A stretch of 63,511 nt of DNA, filler included, from Bigelowiella natans CCMP2755 (lineage: Eukaryota; Protista; Cercozoa): NCBI GenBank assembly GCA_000320545.1. It is 8 parts of 8 records of this genome, joined end to end, with 100 filler letters (N's around TTAATTAATTAA, not from the genome) between each part and the next. Parts side by side here need not be neighbours in the genome. Positions count along the whole stretch, not along the records: positions 21,223 to 46,735 come from ADNK01000098.1; 7 more parts are not named here. One strand, given 5' to 3'. The notes below the pieces were generated by a model, which was given only the letters and a program-made list of their open reading frames with translations, ran no database searches and had not been told where the DNA came from. The position numbers were made by a program, and so were the translations under genes. Of the stretch, positions 24,454 through 38,241 are shown in pieces. Within the stretch, counting starts at the first letter, position 1. The number at the start of each line of letters is the position of its first letter.

Positions 24454-24901
24454 AGCAACATACCGCACTGAGCACCAGCATTCCGAGGGCCCTCAGCGTG
24501 TCATTGCTATCCTTTTTGGGAGCATTTACATTGTTTATGCATTTATTATCGAAATAGAGGGGAGGGGGGGGGGGGGTAACAGCAGTGGCTGCGGCGGAGT
24601 GCGGCTTATTGCCATCTTTTAGTTTGGATGATCTTGGCTCGTCACTACCTGCGTTTGTCGCCTTCGTTGTATCCCCCCCCACAGCCGTTGTCGTCTTCTT
24701 CTTCTTCTTTTCTTTCCGCGTTGGCAGGGAGCACAGGTACCGTAGAGCAGGAAGGCTGCGCGTAATTGCTGATGACGAGGTTGGAAAATACAACAAGAGC
24801 AACAGCAAATAGGACGAATGAGTTTTATTTCCTCGAAGAAGAACCTTCCCTGCATTCTCTCATTCTCTCTCTCTCTCTCTCCCACCCTGACACACACACG
24901 A

Positions 24902-24932
<31 letters not shown>

Positions 24933-26267
24933 TTGCTTGTTTGCGAGGAAGGACATCATCATCGTTCCCTATGATAATTTTGACAAAACAAGACAACCGG
25001 AGGCTACTGCGGGGGAGGCACGAGAGGAGTGGAGCAACACCCTCAAAACGTCCCCTTGCATTGCCATCCTTTGCCGGCGATGAGCAGCGTCGGATCTGCC
25101 TTCCCCTTCTCCTCCGATTCCTTTCTTGTCCTCTTTCAAGAGGTCAAGCATTCGTTGAAGAAGCCTGAACGTTGATGTGAGAACGTGTGAGTTCGTGCGT
25201 GCGTGCGTGTACTCGTGTATTCATCCTTGTCACATCATCAGCTTGCATTGTAGGAACAGCCCCTTTCTGATACCTCCAGCTCCACATTTCCATGGGAGAA
25301 CAACAGCATTAGTGCAGACAGGCGGAGTGACCGGGTAGTTTGTGAACAAACAAACGCTGCACCCACGCCAACAAATAACACAGCAGCTGTGTACACGCAG
25401 CAAGCCTACTACCTCTTGTTCAAGGCCAAAAACCCAGAAACGCTTCGTCGTACCTGTGTGTAAGCATCGTTACTACTACTGCGACAATGACGACGACGAC
25501 GATGACGATGATGATGATGATGATGATGATAGATGACGGTAATGAATGCATGATGGAGACCACAGAGAATCGCCTCCTCACGCGGCAGAGCGCTGTAGCA
25601 TTGCGTTGTGTTGTGTTGTGCTGTGTTCGTGGCCCCATCAGAACATTGGGGAAGGACCAAAGATAATCTTTCCGAATTATTTTAATCTACTCATCCACAT
25701 GTTGTGCTGCTGCTGCTGCTGCATCTGACAACAGCATCCACAGGTCGCACACTACTCTTATCGTCTCGTCGCATGATAACAACAACAACAACGACCTCTG
25801 CATCCAAGCGATTCGAAGGGGCAAACGCTTTTGTGTCCTCTGCAGCAGTAGCCCCTCCCCCCCCTCCTCCTCCTGCTTGCTGTGCTCCCCCCTGGTTGCT
25901 GCTGTTGGCATTGGTGGTGGCGGTCGTGGAGGTGGGAGAAGTGGATGAGGTTGGCAACAAGTCGATCGTCGTTGGGCCTTCGCTGCTGCCCTCCCCCTCC
26001 TTCTCCTCCTCCTCCCACGCGGCTAGAGGGTAGTGGGAAATGCCGCCCCTAGGAGCAAATAGAGGCATTTAGATGTCTTCGTTCAGGGCAATTCGTGTCA
26101 ACCAACTGTGATGGGGTTTTTCTTGTAGAAACGACACGAATGGTCGATCGTATCTATAATTTTCTCGTCGTTTTCCTACCCTTCTCTACCCCCCCCCCCC
26201 CCCCCCTTAACCTCCCCCTCCCTCTCCGTGGTTGTTTGACTGTGCAAAAGAAAGAAAGAGAGGGGGG

Positions 26268-26310
<43 letters not shown>

Positions 26311-26587
26311 AAGATAAAAAGGGGCTCTCACTTGGTAGGGTGCACGAGGAGCGAGAGCGTTTGAAGGGCCTTCGCGGATTCCAAGCTACTGCCAGCAGTA
26401 GCAGTACCTGCGTCGCAACTTAGCGCTGCTAAGCTATCGGGCAGACTGAGGAGGAGGAAAAGGAGAGAGGATATCAGGAGAATCATGATGGCGATGATAA
26501 TGATGATGATAATGATGATGATAATGATGATGATGATGATGATGAGGAGGATGCAGATGATGGAATCATCTCTACGACACATCTTCA

Positions 26588-26621
<34 letters not shown>

Positions 26622-26805
26622 ATGCCACTTCTTCTTACTTCTACTACTACTTTTCTACTACTACCGTGTCTTCAGAGCCATTGAGTAGAAGCTCAGGGAT
26701 GAGGAAGGTGCTGCAGAGGCCTACAAGGAGGGCCAACAACCCACCAGCCCACCCAAAGTAACGTAGCGCAACAGCAGCAGAGACGCAAAACACAACCACA
26801 CACAG

Positions 26806-26843
<38 letters not shown>

Positions 26844-29722
26844 CTATGAGGTGGGTGCAATCACAATATCAATAATTACTTTCATGTCGAGGGGGGGGGT
26901 CTGCGTTGTTTAAACTTGTGACCTGATCTAGGAGCACATCGGTGAACTCAAGCGCACTCATACTCATACTCGACTGGACGCCATCGTAGCGCGAGGGGCC
27001 CTTCGTGGTGCCGCCTCCATCACCATTTTTTATGTCGCTGCCTCCTGCACGCATGCCGAACGACAGAATCAATATTATTTAAGTAAGGTTGGGGGGAGGG
27101 GCAACATGTGGACGACATGAATGGAATGTGCTACAGAAATGCAAATAAAAATACTTGCGCAACCCTACCCCATAGACACAACATATGGATGCGTATTCAC
27201 ACTGTGCTACTACCGTTCCGTCCCCCCTCATCGTCAGCCTGGGCAGAGGTTGTTTTCCCAACAACTGGTGATGATGTTTCTGTCATTGCTGCTGCCGCGG
27301 CTAGAATCCGTGGGGCTAGCGGTAGAAAATCGCGCGCGTAAGAGTCGGGAACGCCTACGTGGGAATGCGACTCGAATACGGTCTTCGCCATCACCTTTGA
27401 GGGGGAAGGGGGAGAGGGAGTTAGGGGGAGCAAATGGCGACGAAATGCACTGATAAGTAATTTATGTGAAGGGGCAAGAAGCAAAATCGGAATATTTCAA
27501 TGCCCCCCCCTGGATAACGATATGCTCCAATGCGTGCTCGTCTAATTCCCTCATCTTTGAAGGTGCTACCGTGCAGGTTTTGAGTCCCTCCGAGAGCATC
27601 ATTCTGGCAGCTTTAGTATCTGTACTCGCTGCAGCGCCATTCTCATCGACTGCATCGTTGCTCTCGACTCTTTCCTTCTCTGACGCTTGCAGGCAACGTC
27701 CGGCCATAGAGAAAATCGCCTGAAATTTTATATTATGTTATAATAAGTTGTGTTGTGTTGTGTGTGACAATATATTTCCCACAAGGAGCAGACCTCCATC
27801 CATTTTCCGGAGTGCTCAATATCCTCCTTCGCTTGCTGTTCACTGGGGCTTCCCTTGCTGTTGTTGCCCCCTCCCCTAGCCTTTTCCTTTTCTTCCTCCT
27901 GCTTCCTCGCTTTGATGGTGGATTTGTAGATGTTGCCCATTGTTCTTAGGGCGTTGACCACCTGCAAGGGGTCGACTGCGAGCTCGGGGTCCACCGCTGT
28001 CGCAAAAGTCAAGCATGGAGAGAGAATGGCTGCGTCATCATCGGCGTTGCAAGGAAAAAACGCTGTACGCGTGTGAAGTGATCTGTTGTTCCACCTGCAA
28101 ACTTCGCACCAAGACCCGAGGGAAAGGCAGCATCCAGGGTGCAGAGAAGCTGCGTGTCGAACTCCTTGGATCTGCAAGGGCCGTGAAGCAATGTGTTAGT
28201 GACGGACTACTATGCAAATCGGTGGTGGCTTGTGCTGCGCGTTGGTCGCCATGCGCTGCATACACGCTTCAATCTGATTATTATATCGTGATTACTGGCG
28301 CAGAGCCAGGGCCTGGTTGGGGTCTTGAGATTGCTCTTGTGCTGCTCTCCAGTACGACGAATTTGGGGGGGCAGTCATTGGACGCTCTTCTTCAAAGTTG
28401 TGGTGGTACTGGGCATCGTTGCCGTCTCCACCTATGATATGTTTGTGTGTGTGTGTGTGTGTGTTTGTGTGTGCCCATATGCATTCGGCGTGCCTTTCTC
28501 TGTCTCAGAAAGTCGTGCAAGATGTGCACAAAAGAGTAAGGGAGAAACGGTAGGGTACCTTTAGGCGCCGGCCGGCAGGACTGGCTAGGCTCTTGAATCC
28601 ACGGATGCGTGCGCACCTGCGTCCACGTCGCCCTCTTCGCGGGGTCTTTGACCAGGAGTATTTGCAAGAACGAACGCATGAGTGGGCTGATCTCCGACTC
28701 CGGATACTCGATTTCATCGCTGACAATCATCTGTATCAGTTGGTAGAGGTGGCTGGTGAAGAAGGGCGGCTTTCCCACGCGCAATTCGTAGAGGATCACT
28801 CTGAATATTTGGGAAGAGGGAGAGGGGAGGTTTAGGATAATTGAAATCATCAAGCAGGCTTTCGAGAACAGACATTATCTTCAATTGAATGATTTGAAGA
28901 TGGAAGAAACTGCCAGAACTCATGATGATTGGCTACACGCACCACCAGGGTGTTCGTGGTGCAGTTTTACTGCCTTCATTTAGAATTGAGTGTAGAAAGT
29001 AGTTTAGAGAGAAATTTCGCACCCAAGCGACCATAGATCCGCAGCATGGTTGTAAGGCTGCTCCTTGACTAGTTCTGGTGCCATGTACAAAGGGGTCCCC
29101 TGAGAAGAGAATCACCGACATGAGTGAGTGACAGAATAGTCTGTGCAGCTATTACAAAATCGCCAACATTCGTGATCTCCTATCCCATCCTAATTCACAC
29201 CACCTTCCCTTCTCGCCTGATTATTCAGAATAATTTTACTTTGATGGATGTCAGCATCGTGGTGTGCTGGGACATCAGTCTTGCAAACCCGAAATCGCAT
29301 AACGCGACGCGGCCGTTGGAGCAGAACAGCACGTTCTGTGGTTTAATGTCGCGGTGAATGATGCGATGGCTGTGTAAGTAGTCAAGTGCCTTTACAATCT
29401 GGCGCCCTATATTCTGTACAACTTTTTCAGGAAGCTGTTTGTCGTCCTCCAGAACGTCGAAGAGCTCCCCCTGAGCCAGCTCGGTGACGACGCAGATTTC
29501 ATTCTTCGTCTCGAATACATCCAGCATCTGGATTATGTTCGGGTGTCGGAGTTTCTGTAGAATCTTAACCTCAGACTGCAGGGCCTTCAGATCCTTCTCC
29601 TTCTTTCCGAGCTTCACGATGAATTTCAACGCCACTGCACGTCCCGTGTACTTACGCCGTCCCTTGTAGACCTTGCCGAAAGACCCCTCGCCGACCAGCT
29701 CGGTGATCACGTACTTGTCCAT
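21223..29722 (-). CDS. STK36: Fused/STK36 (TIO) serine/threonine kinase with long ARM/HEAT-like C-terminus; 3' end probably in the gap
   Basis: [27 protein letters not shown]...ALKFI...[10 protein letters not shown]...CDFGFAR...[37 protein letters not shown] is diagnostic. Distal exons (KWPEDLGGG...VLKVPF) resemble the helical region of protist Fused, so the 3' extent is less certain than the kinase domain. Confidence 0.85.
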
Positions 29723-30391
29723 ACTTGCTGTCTTCTCGTCTTAAATCGTGTGCTTCACGCCTGCTATTTAGTTAATTGGAATAACTTAGATACGACCTAA
29801 GCCCTAGGCACACGGATGGACTCTCAAGCGATTACCTTCACTGTGTATGCTGGTGTCCCCAGACTACTTGACAGCTTCAGTCTTGCGCTCACCCTTGTTG
29901 ATATGGATAGTCAAAAAGCACGAGTCGATAAGAGTGGCTGCTGACACCCTGGAGTTAGGGGGGCTGGGCCGGGTGTTCCTTTGTGTGGGGATGATTCACC
30001 CCAACACCTTCATCCACTTCAAAATAGAAAGGTGTTGAAACACCATCAGTTACGACTTGTATTTGAGGTTGTCGTACACTAATATATCCATTTAATTTTT
30101 CCCCGGAAGGCGAATCTTCTGTTAACAGTTAGCTCAGGCGACACTATCGACTACGACCTCAATACAGAGTTGTCGCATCAGATATGTTAAGATCATTAAG
30201 AAGTTTCTAGGAGTACTGGAACTATTCGCATTGGTTTTTATACCTGCGTCATCACTAAAAGAGAAACACGTCTAGATTTCGAGTATCCCGTGGTCTCCCC
30301 CTCAGCAGACTGATCGAGAAGCGCCAGCGCAAAACGAAAGGCCCAAACCTTTCCCATTCGATACCCCCCACTTTTCATAGCCATTGAGCCA

Positions 30392-30960
30392 ATGGATCCC
30401 GATCAATCCAATCGCACCAATCAAGCGAGGTAGTTGTGCAGTGTAAAGGCGATGAGAACATGTGCGGCTTGTGCAACTAAATCGCGGAAGCACAATATCT
30501 AGCTAGAGCGAGTCATTCTAGACATAATACTAGGAACCATCCTCTAATACATCTGTGCTAAATTCAGCAATGAGGCGTCTGGCGAGGACTTAAAGGCGCA
30601 GCGCTATAAACAAAGGCTTCAACAGCTTCAAGATTTGACGATACAGGTGAGACCTGAAGGGGGCAGCAAAAAAACTAATAATGCGAGCAAATTCGACCTC
30701 ATGGGCGCGATTGGACTCGATGGACTCAATCAGGATACTATGAGACTAGTTGGGGTGAGTATCAGTGCAAATATAAATTCATAATTGAATGTTGAACAAT
30801 TGTACGACACCTATCAAAATCTACACCTCTTAAAGGGGATAAATCGACTCCGAACAATTATAATCACATAGATGGGACTCGGGGGTGCCGTGGCGGTAGC
30901 AGGAGGCTTGCTGATCTGCAAAAAGGCTGGATTTATAAGCCGAATACGTGAGATATTTAT

Positions 30961-30999
<39 letters not shown>

Positions 31000-32571
31000 A
31001 CATATTGTCACCCGATTCAATGCTAGCCTGCTGAGAACGAAATCTGGGGGAGAAATGTTGTATCCAATGTCATAAATTATACCTGCTCATTTTTGCACAT
31101 ATTCACACATAGGAAACAATTACCAGCTTCCACCCGCGTCAATAACAACGGTTAGCGCGTACTTTGGCGCCTATGATGATGAAGAAGAAGATGATAGTAA
31201 TGGTGATAGAAGTGTGGGGAGTGTCGTGATCAGTACAGTAAAGGAGCGGCACTTTCTTATCCTCCTGTGTAGAGGATATTGTTTTTGTTGGAGTTATTCA
31301 TCCTTCTGATACTACTTAGCACGAGACTATCTCCGGGGTGGTGACAAAAGTGGAAAAGGCGGACGTATTTCGTATGAAGCACGCGCCATTCGTCTACTCT
31401 CTAGTATCTACCACGGACTTCGGTACCACACAAGTCGAATCAGTGTTCATGGATATGTTGTTACAATCAAGCTGTAGGAAGCTTGCATTTCTGGAAGAAG
31501 AAAAACTCGTGCATGCTCTCAACTCACTCACGCATCCAACCTGTTATGGCTGTTGTGTTCGTTGCTACTGCTCAGACAATCTCCCGGATGATCAGACTCT
31601 ACAGATCAAGCTCGCAGGCATAGATGGAATGGACAGGGACAAAACTGAGACTTTATTGCCACCAGGAAAGGCTATAAATGTGCAGCTGATTGGGCATTCC
31701 ACATGCGACCAGAAAATCATCATGGGCCTTGTCTGGCCCCGTTTTAGGGTAATGATGTTGTGACTACAAACTGAAACATCGATGATATTGTGGTGAGGAT
31801 GGTAGGGATGTTAGTGTTGATGGTGATGAGCATAATATCTAGTCGCGCATTGGTTGGTGTTTGACGGATAGACGTTATCGTTTGAATTAAGATGATTCTT
31901 GTCCTCATGATCGCTTCTTCGCATATTCCACAGCCTTTTGCGTCCTCTGTCAATCTGCAGCTAATAAGCCAGGTATTATTTGTAACAGTAGCGGGACGGC
32001 AGGAGTCCTACTAGTACTATCGAATTATGGTCCGTAATATGCGACGGATGGCGCTCTTCACAGATTCTCTGTTCTTTGTTTCTTCCTAGCATTCACATAT
32101 CATCTGCCTGTAACTTACATCACAGCAAGATCGTACGACATACATTAATTATATCTTTACCACGGTCGTTGCTCGTTTCAGCTCCTTACTCTTTCTCTCG
32201 TTGTTTTCCTGACATATGGTAGGGGTGGGCAAAGGCAGCGAAGCTGGACAATCGCATTCTCGAGTTGCACTTTCCTAACGTGCTCGCGGTAATAATAGTG
32301 AAAAGATATATGTCTTGAAAATATGTCTTTCCTAGAGGGCGGGTTCTATTTGTCCGATTATTTCAGACAGGCTCTCGAACATTGTGGTGGGCATTCTATA
32401 ATTCGTTTTGTTTTCAATATGGATTCGCAGCAAATGAAAAGACAAGAGTCCATTTCGAGGATGTTTCGCCGAGGGAAATGGGATGAGAGCAGGCCGGGCA
32501 TAGGGTGGAGCATCATAAAAGGCATTGGAAGTGTCTTTTCCCTAATCAAGGCACTTGTACGGGGAAAATAA
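30392..32571 (+). CDS. Staphylococcal-nuclease-fold protein of LCL3/C3orf33 type with N-terminal membrane anchor
   Basis: Spliced as MDPDQSN.../MGLGGAVAVAGGLLIC(TM).../ISGVVTKVEKADVFRMKHAPF/...TLQIKLAGID...VQLIG...MGLVW/PF..SVNLQLISQGWAK/...ESISRMFRRGKW. Confidence 0.7.
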
Positions 32572-33495
32572 AGGAACTAAACTGAGGCTATTCCCAGTTA
32601 AACCAGTTTATATTATTCTTTTGTATGATGAGAGATAATAGAGAAACCATCAAGTACACATACGCTGATGTATATCTCACCGTACTTCTGCATATCGCAT
32701 CCTGCGCAGGCATGTAAAGCTGGACACACTGCCTTAATATTAACAGAGCCACACTTTATGCGTGACGCGCCCCATTGTGTTGTAGCCAGTCGCATGTTTG
32801 ACTGGCCGTGGCGTTGCGATGATGAGCCTTGCAGTATCGTATGAATCGCACTTATTATCGATCGCCAATAAAGCCGCTCCTATTTATGTCATTTATGTCT
32901 ATTTGACGCAAGGAGCACGCATACAGTGTCCGTCAGAACACAAACGCAGCACGAATGACCAATGTCTAGATGTTGACCACGCTTTCTTTGCCATACACTG
33001 TGACGCAGCAGTGTTGTGCAATACTTGCCAGCAGCGCCCACGCTGTGCAATCGATCTACTATGGGATACAAGCATTGGCTTGAGCACTTCCTTCGATTCA
33101 ATTTGTATAACTAATCCTGTAGCGCGGCTAGGCGGATGGTCACTTAAAGCAGGCTCTAGAACATAGCAGACTCCGATGCGAGATGCAAACATATGCATAT
33201 GCTATATCTAGAAACTGCGAACGTGGACACAACCTGAAATCACATGCCTGTGGCGGCATTGGGGCAAGTGTAGCTGCGATTGTTTTATAATGTTAATAAT
33301 GCGTACATTTGACATATTGCACAGGCTAATTACGCACAAGGTTAATCACTTTTGTCCCGTACTACAATTGCTACTCTTCCTCGCTCCTAAATCACCGCAA
33401 AAGAGTGCGATTCTAGTCGGGGAGCAATTCGCATCAATTTGCTCAGGAGACAAGCAAAGCACGACTTATCACTAATAACGGAATATTCAGTCCCA

Positions 33496-35554
33496 TCACC
33501 CATTCTTGACCACCGGAGTTAATGGAGTCGGATCCATGGGTTTCAATGGGTCCTCTAAATTATGATCAGCTCTCAGAGAATCAGAACACCCTAGACGTGA
33601 AACTGATTGCGGGTGCTGCGAAGGTGTCTTGTTTGTTCTCGATTTCTTTGGCTTGAATTTCAATGCCCATGGGCATTGAGCAATGAAATGCCCTAACTGT
33701 CCGCATTTGTGACATGTCTCCTAAAGAAAAAATAATGAAAACTTTGAAATTTTCTGACCTTTATGTCTTTACGTCTTACCTGTGATCTGGATTTCTCGTG
33801 GAAATTCTCTTTCGCAATTTTGCAGTCAAGACGTCTTCCATTGATCACAATGACTTTTGAGAGTGCCTGATAGGGGAAGAACTTCAGCTGGTATTGACGA
33901 TGCGTTACAATTAGTATTGTACCCGCCGGGCTGCTTCCATGTTGAGGAACGTAACAAATCCAAAGCCCCTAATTGCTGAAAATTAGAGAGCATATTGCGA
34001 GGTTGCTTTCGATTGTGAAATGTACCTTGTAAATCCAGTTCGCTTGTCCATACAAACAAGAGCATCAATTGTCTCTCCAACCTCACGCTCGAAAATTTCC
34101 CGAAGATCTTCACTTCTCTTGACGGACTGGGGAATCCCTCCAACGAAGATTTTTTGCTTGTGCTCCATCTCCTTCCCAACCTCGCTGCCCTCGTGCCTAT
34201 ATCTACACCGATCCCCAAATTTGCACTTCCCGGTACGTTTCCAATTATCGCATAAAAACACCTTACCTGCAATTAATGAAACATTCATGAAGAGGGTCGA
34301 GGTTAGTTTACTCGGTAGATGCGTGAACCTGGCCCATCGTGACGAAATGAACACTGCATTCCATACCGGCACACTCCTGATTTTGTCCAACTCCAGCATT
34401 CTAATTTTTGTTCTGTTTTTTGCTCTACGAGAGTATGTTGTTTTATTGGAGCTTCCTCGTGGGTGAAAGGACAGTCCGGGTTATGGCAGATTCCTGTCTC
34501 GCTGAACTCGTGGCAGATCCAGGTTTGACAAGGTGCTCTTTTTGGCTGTTCTTCTTTCTCCGCCATTTCCACATTTGACTGCACATTTGACTTCGGTTCT
34601 ATTTCTGTGGATGATTGCGACTTCTTCGATCCCAGGTCAGTCGTTCCTGTAGATTCGGAGGGTGAGATTGACAAGTATTCGGGGGGGAAACAAGCAAACT
34701 AGCACTCAATAAAACGCAAGGTTTTCCAGTACCAAGGTATCCTGCCTTATCGGTGAAGACCTTCTCAATTTTGGATGATTTGGTGGTTGAGTAATTACAA
34801 GCGTATCCTTGCGACACATTTTTTGGGTACAGGCTGTCCTGCTGCGACGCTTCTGCAGAGAATTCAGGAGTTCTATTCTTTGGCTTCGATGCCAAATATG
34901 ATTCGGCTAATAAAGATGGTCGTTCTCTCGTAGCATGAGGATCGATTGTCACTGCAAGAAATGGCAAGTTATTATTCGACAGAATATTTTACACTCTGAT
35001 CTGATATTACTTACCTAGGTATCCTGCCTTGTCAATGTAGGTGGTTTCTCGCGATGACGATTCGTGTGCTTGTTTCTTTGTCACGCTGTTCTGCTGAAAG
35101 TTATCCAGTGGACATTCTTCTCTTCGCATCAGGGTTGAAGAATTGAGCATTTTGAGGATTCTCTTTCGATGACCAATAGGCATCGATTTCTCAATATCGT
35201 CAAACTCGCCAGGTTCCACAAGATCATGCATGATGTCCCTTTATGAAGGAGAGAATCAATTACTGATGGCATACCAATGGTGTACTAATGTGTGCATTAT
35301 TTAGGAATACCATACCTTGTATATCCATTGCTGATAAGAGCTGAGCTATATTTCCTAACGTAGCAATCGTCGAATCTGCATTTCTTTCGCAGGAAATCCC
35401 TGACCTCACCGAGATCTGCGTTGGCGTCTTCCCTGTTCCCGGTCCCATCGGCGTTCTCTTTGCCGGACACTATATCTAATAGGGTGTAATTTAGATTGAT
35501 GAGCGCTAAAACATTTAATTTCCCACCATATCCTCTCTGACGCTTCGTAGCCAT
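33496..35554 (-). CDS. RNA-binding protein: SAM + 3 CCCH zinc fingers + RRM + CCHC zinc knuckle
   Basis: SAM (ALISNGY..DIMHDL...MPIGHRKRILKML); CCCH fingers ICHEFSETGICHNPDCPFTH, ECWSWTKSGVCRYGMQCSFRH, LCDNWKRTGKCKFGDRCRYRH; RRM KIFVGGI...RGFGFVTF; knuckle CHKCGQLGHFIAQC. Confidence 0.85.
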
Positions 35555-36010
35555 CGAGAGAAGAGGAGGGGGCAGCCCTTCCCTTCACGCTCCCGAGGAG
35601 GTGGAGGCGTAAACTGGCCCGATATCGGCAGAACTTCCTTGTCGTTGAGAGACAACGCCAAGGAACTGCCCTCGCTTTTGAAAAAGTGCGCGCCACTGTT
35701 TCCTCCTACTCCTCGAGAAGCAGGCAACAGTCATCGGTGTTGTCGCGAATTAGACCCGAAAATTATCGCCAGAAATTGGCTAGGGAGCAAGGAGCGGACG
35801 GGGCCACATTTCATCGGACATATATCCTATCTCTTTCACACAGTAATGCGCCAACACATCTTACAACATCAATCGACCCGATCGTCCATCCGCATCTGGA
35901 CACCCCGCACTCGCCGTCCAGGATAATTACAATCAGGCAGACAGGCAGGTGGGAAGGAAGATTGCAGTTAAACAGGCAGGAAGGTGGATACAGGAGCTGG
36001 AAGATATTGA

Positions 36011-36980
36011 ATGAAAGCTCCGCGCCACCCCGCCCCGAACAATGGCGTGCAATCACAGCCTGGCGCTTCTTCGCGGCAAACGTCGCAAGCCTCAAACAAT
36101 AACTCACACACACCAAGATCCAACGCGTCTAGCGATGAGAAATCTGGAGGAAGGGAGCTGCCCAAAGGGTTTGCCATTCATCTTGAGATTCGAAGCCAAC
36201 TCTAATTTTGCCATTGAAGGTTCGGCGAGAGCTCGCAGGACGGGACCAGCAGCAGGTTGTATGCCAAAGCTATCTTCTGTCAACTAATTTCATCCCTAAG
36301 CCTCTTCTTATGGCTCATCATTGCATTAACTACAGTAACGAGGAGGTAGCCAACACGATGTCTATGACCCTCAGCAAGATGGTCCAACAGGTCTTTGTCT
36401 GCCATAAAATGTACACACATGTTAGTGTTGGTACTAGATTCAATTTCCCTTAATCTTTGCCTGTCACCCGAGCACGTAGTAATGGCGATTCATCCAAGGT
36501 TTCGTTTTTTCTGCAGACGAACCTGATTCGCAACGAAGTGATAAATGTTCTATCGGATTGGGGGAAAATCTCCGGGAGGACATTGCAGGAATTGGTATTC
36601 GTGATGATTGCTATCGATACTACATTGAAGGGTGTTTGATGTTAAGTATTCCTTGATTCTTACAGTCAACGGGTGACGTGTCATTACTGATGAGGCAAAT
36701 AGTCAAGGTCCTACCCCACCCTTCGCACCGCTCGTTTCTAGTGAGAACCCTTATACTCTTATGAATTACAATCAGCGGAAGAGGAATATAGAAGTAAATC
36801 AAGAGCGCTTGAAACAACTTTCGGAGCGTCTTCAAAGCTTCGCAAAGACCCAATTCAAGTCTCCCCTCGACAGTAACCCATCTGCGGTACCACCGACATG
36901 GCATCTTAACACCATTCTAAACACCATACTAGGCGTAGCACCTATTTCACTACTATTTCACTACCCTGACAGATGATGTA

Positions 36981-37029
<49 letters not shown>

Positions 37030-37034
37030 TATAA

Positions 37035-37073
<39 letters not shown>

Positions 37074-38097
37074 TGTGTGTGTTTTAATGGTAGTTGCTCC
37101 CATGGTCGAATACTCAAGAAGGTGATGAAAAAGGCTCACACGGCCCCGCCACATCATCGCCAAACCGGATACCAGCAGGAAATCGGCGTGAGTTGGCTGC
37201 AATAGGAACTCGTGCCCGCATAGCCGCCGCACATTTAGAGCAGTACGCAGCCTCGCAGAGCAGTCCAAGCCTTGCGATTTGCATGGCATATTGGAAAGCG
37301 GGCCTCGAGCGATCGCCATTGACCTCGCTGAATGCGATTATCGAGTGGATAGAAACACGCCATTCTCGCGAGAAGATGCGTGTTCGGCGATTGGCCTCCG
37401 ACAAAAGAATCAGCAGTGCGGGGCCAGATGCAAGCGGAAGTGTTAGTGTCGGAAAGAAGAAGGAGACCAACATGGAGATCGAGGCAGTGAGCGATGACGT
37501 GAAAACACGTTCCGAAAGTAGATTAGCAGCGGGAGTGCTCGTGGAACTTCCAAATGTATGCTATGTCGCGATCCTCTTTGACAAGCCTGGCCAAGGAAAG
37601 TGTGTCGAATCTATCGAAGCCAGTGGCTGGCATGAAGGCCCAGAGGCTGCGCTCCAAGCTGACCCGTCTCGAGCTATGGCATTCAAGAGGTGAGCGCACA
37701 CTTTCAATTTCACGCACGCTCGTCTACTAACTTCGCCATCACCTTCTGGTCTCCATAATTTAGCATGAGTGTACAGTGTGCAGCATCGCTTCAGCAAATC
37801 AAGCAAGCGTTGAGAGCTGCGAAGGGGCTAGCCGTCTTGTCATTTCTGGTTGATTGGCTGGCAAACTATTCCACACTTTTCAAAACCAAATGCGAATGGT
37901 ACAACTTCTTCTGGTTATTGCGTTGTATATTATGTCCTCCAGGGAACTGATTTTTGTTTCGAAAAATAAGGTGTCAACGGTATCTCGGTGAAGAAATGGA
38001 GGACTCCGATCGAATGAATCTCCTTCCTCCCACCTTACGAACTTTGCCGTACGGTCGCGCTTTTCATCCATGCTGTCGTCGTGAAGCTAGCAGATGA
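36011..38097 (+). CDS. MED27: Mediator of RNA polymerase II transcription subunit 27
   Basis: The C-terminal Zn motif FLVDWLANYSTLFKTKCEWCQRYL...LLPPTLRT..RAFHPCC matches the MED27 signature W(L)xxYxxLFxxxCxxC...LPPxxR...AFHxxC. Confidence 0.8.
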
Positions 38098-38187
38098 TAG
38101 CTTCATTCTGTAACCGTGTATGATTTGCACGAATGTAAACTACATGATAAATGGGTAGCTGACGGTACGATATCTACACTCTCTCAC

Positions 38188-38241
<54 letters not shown>

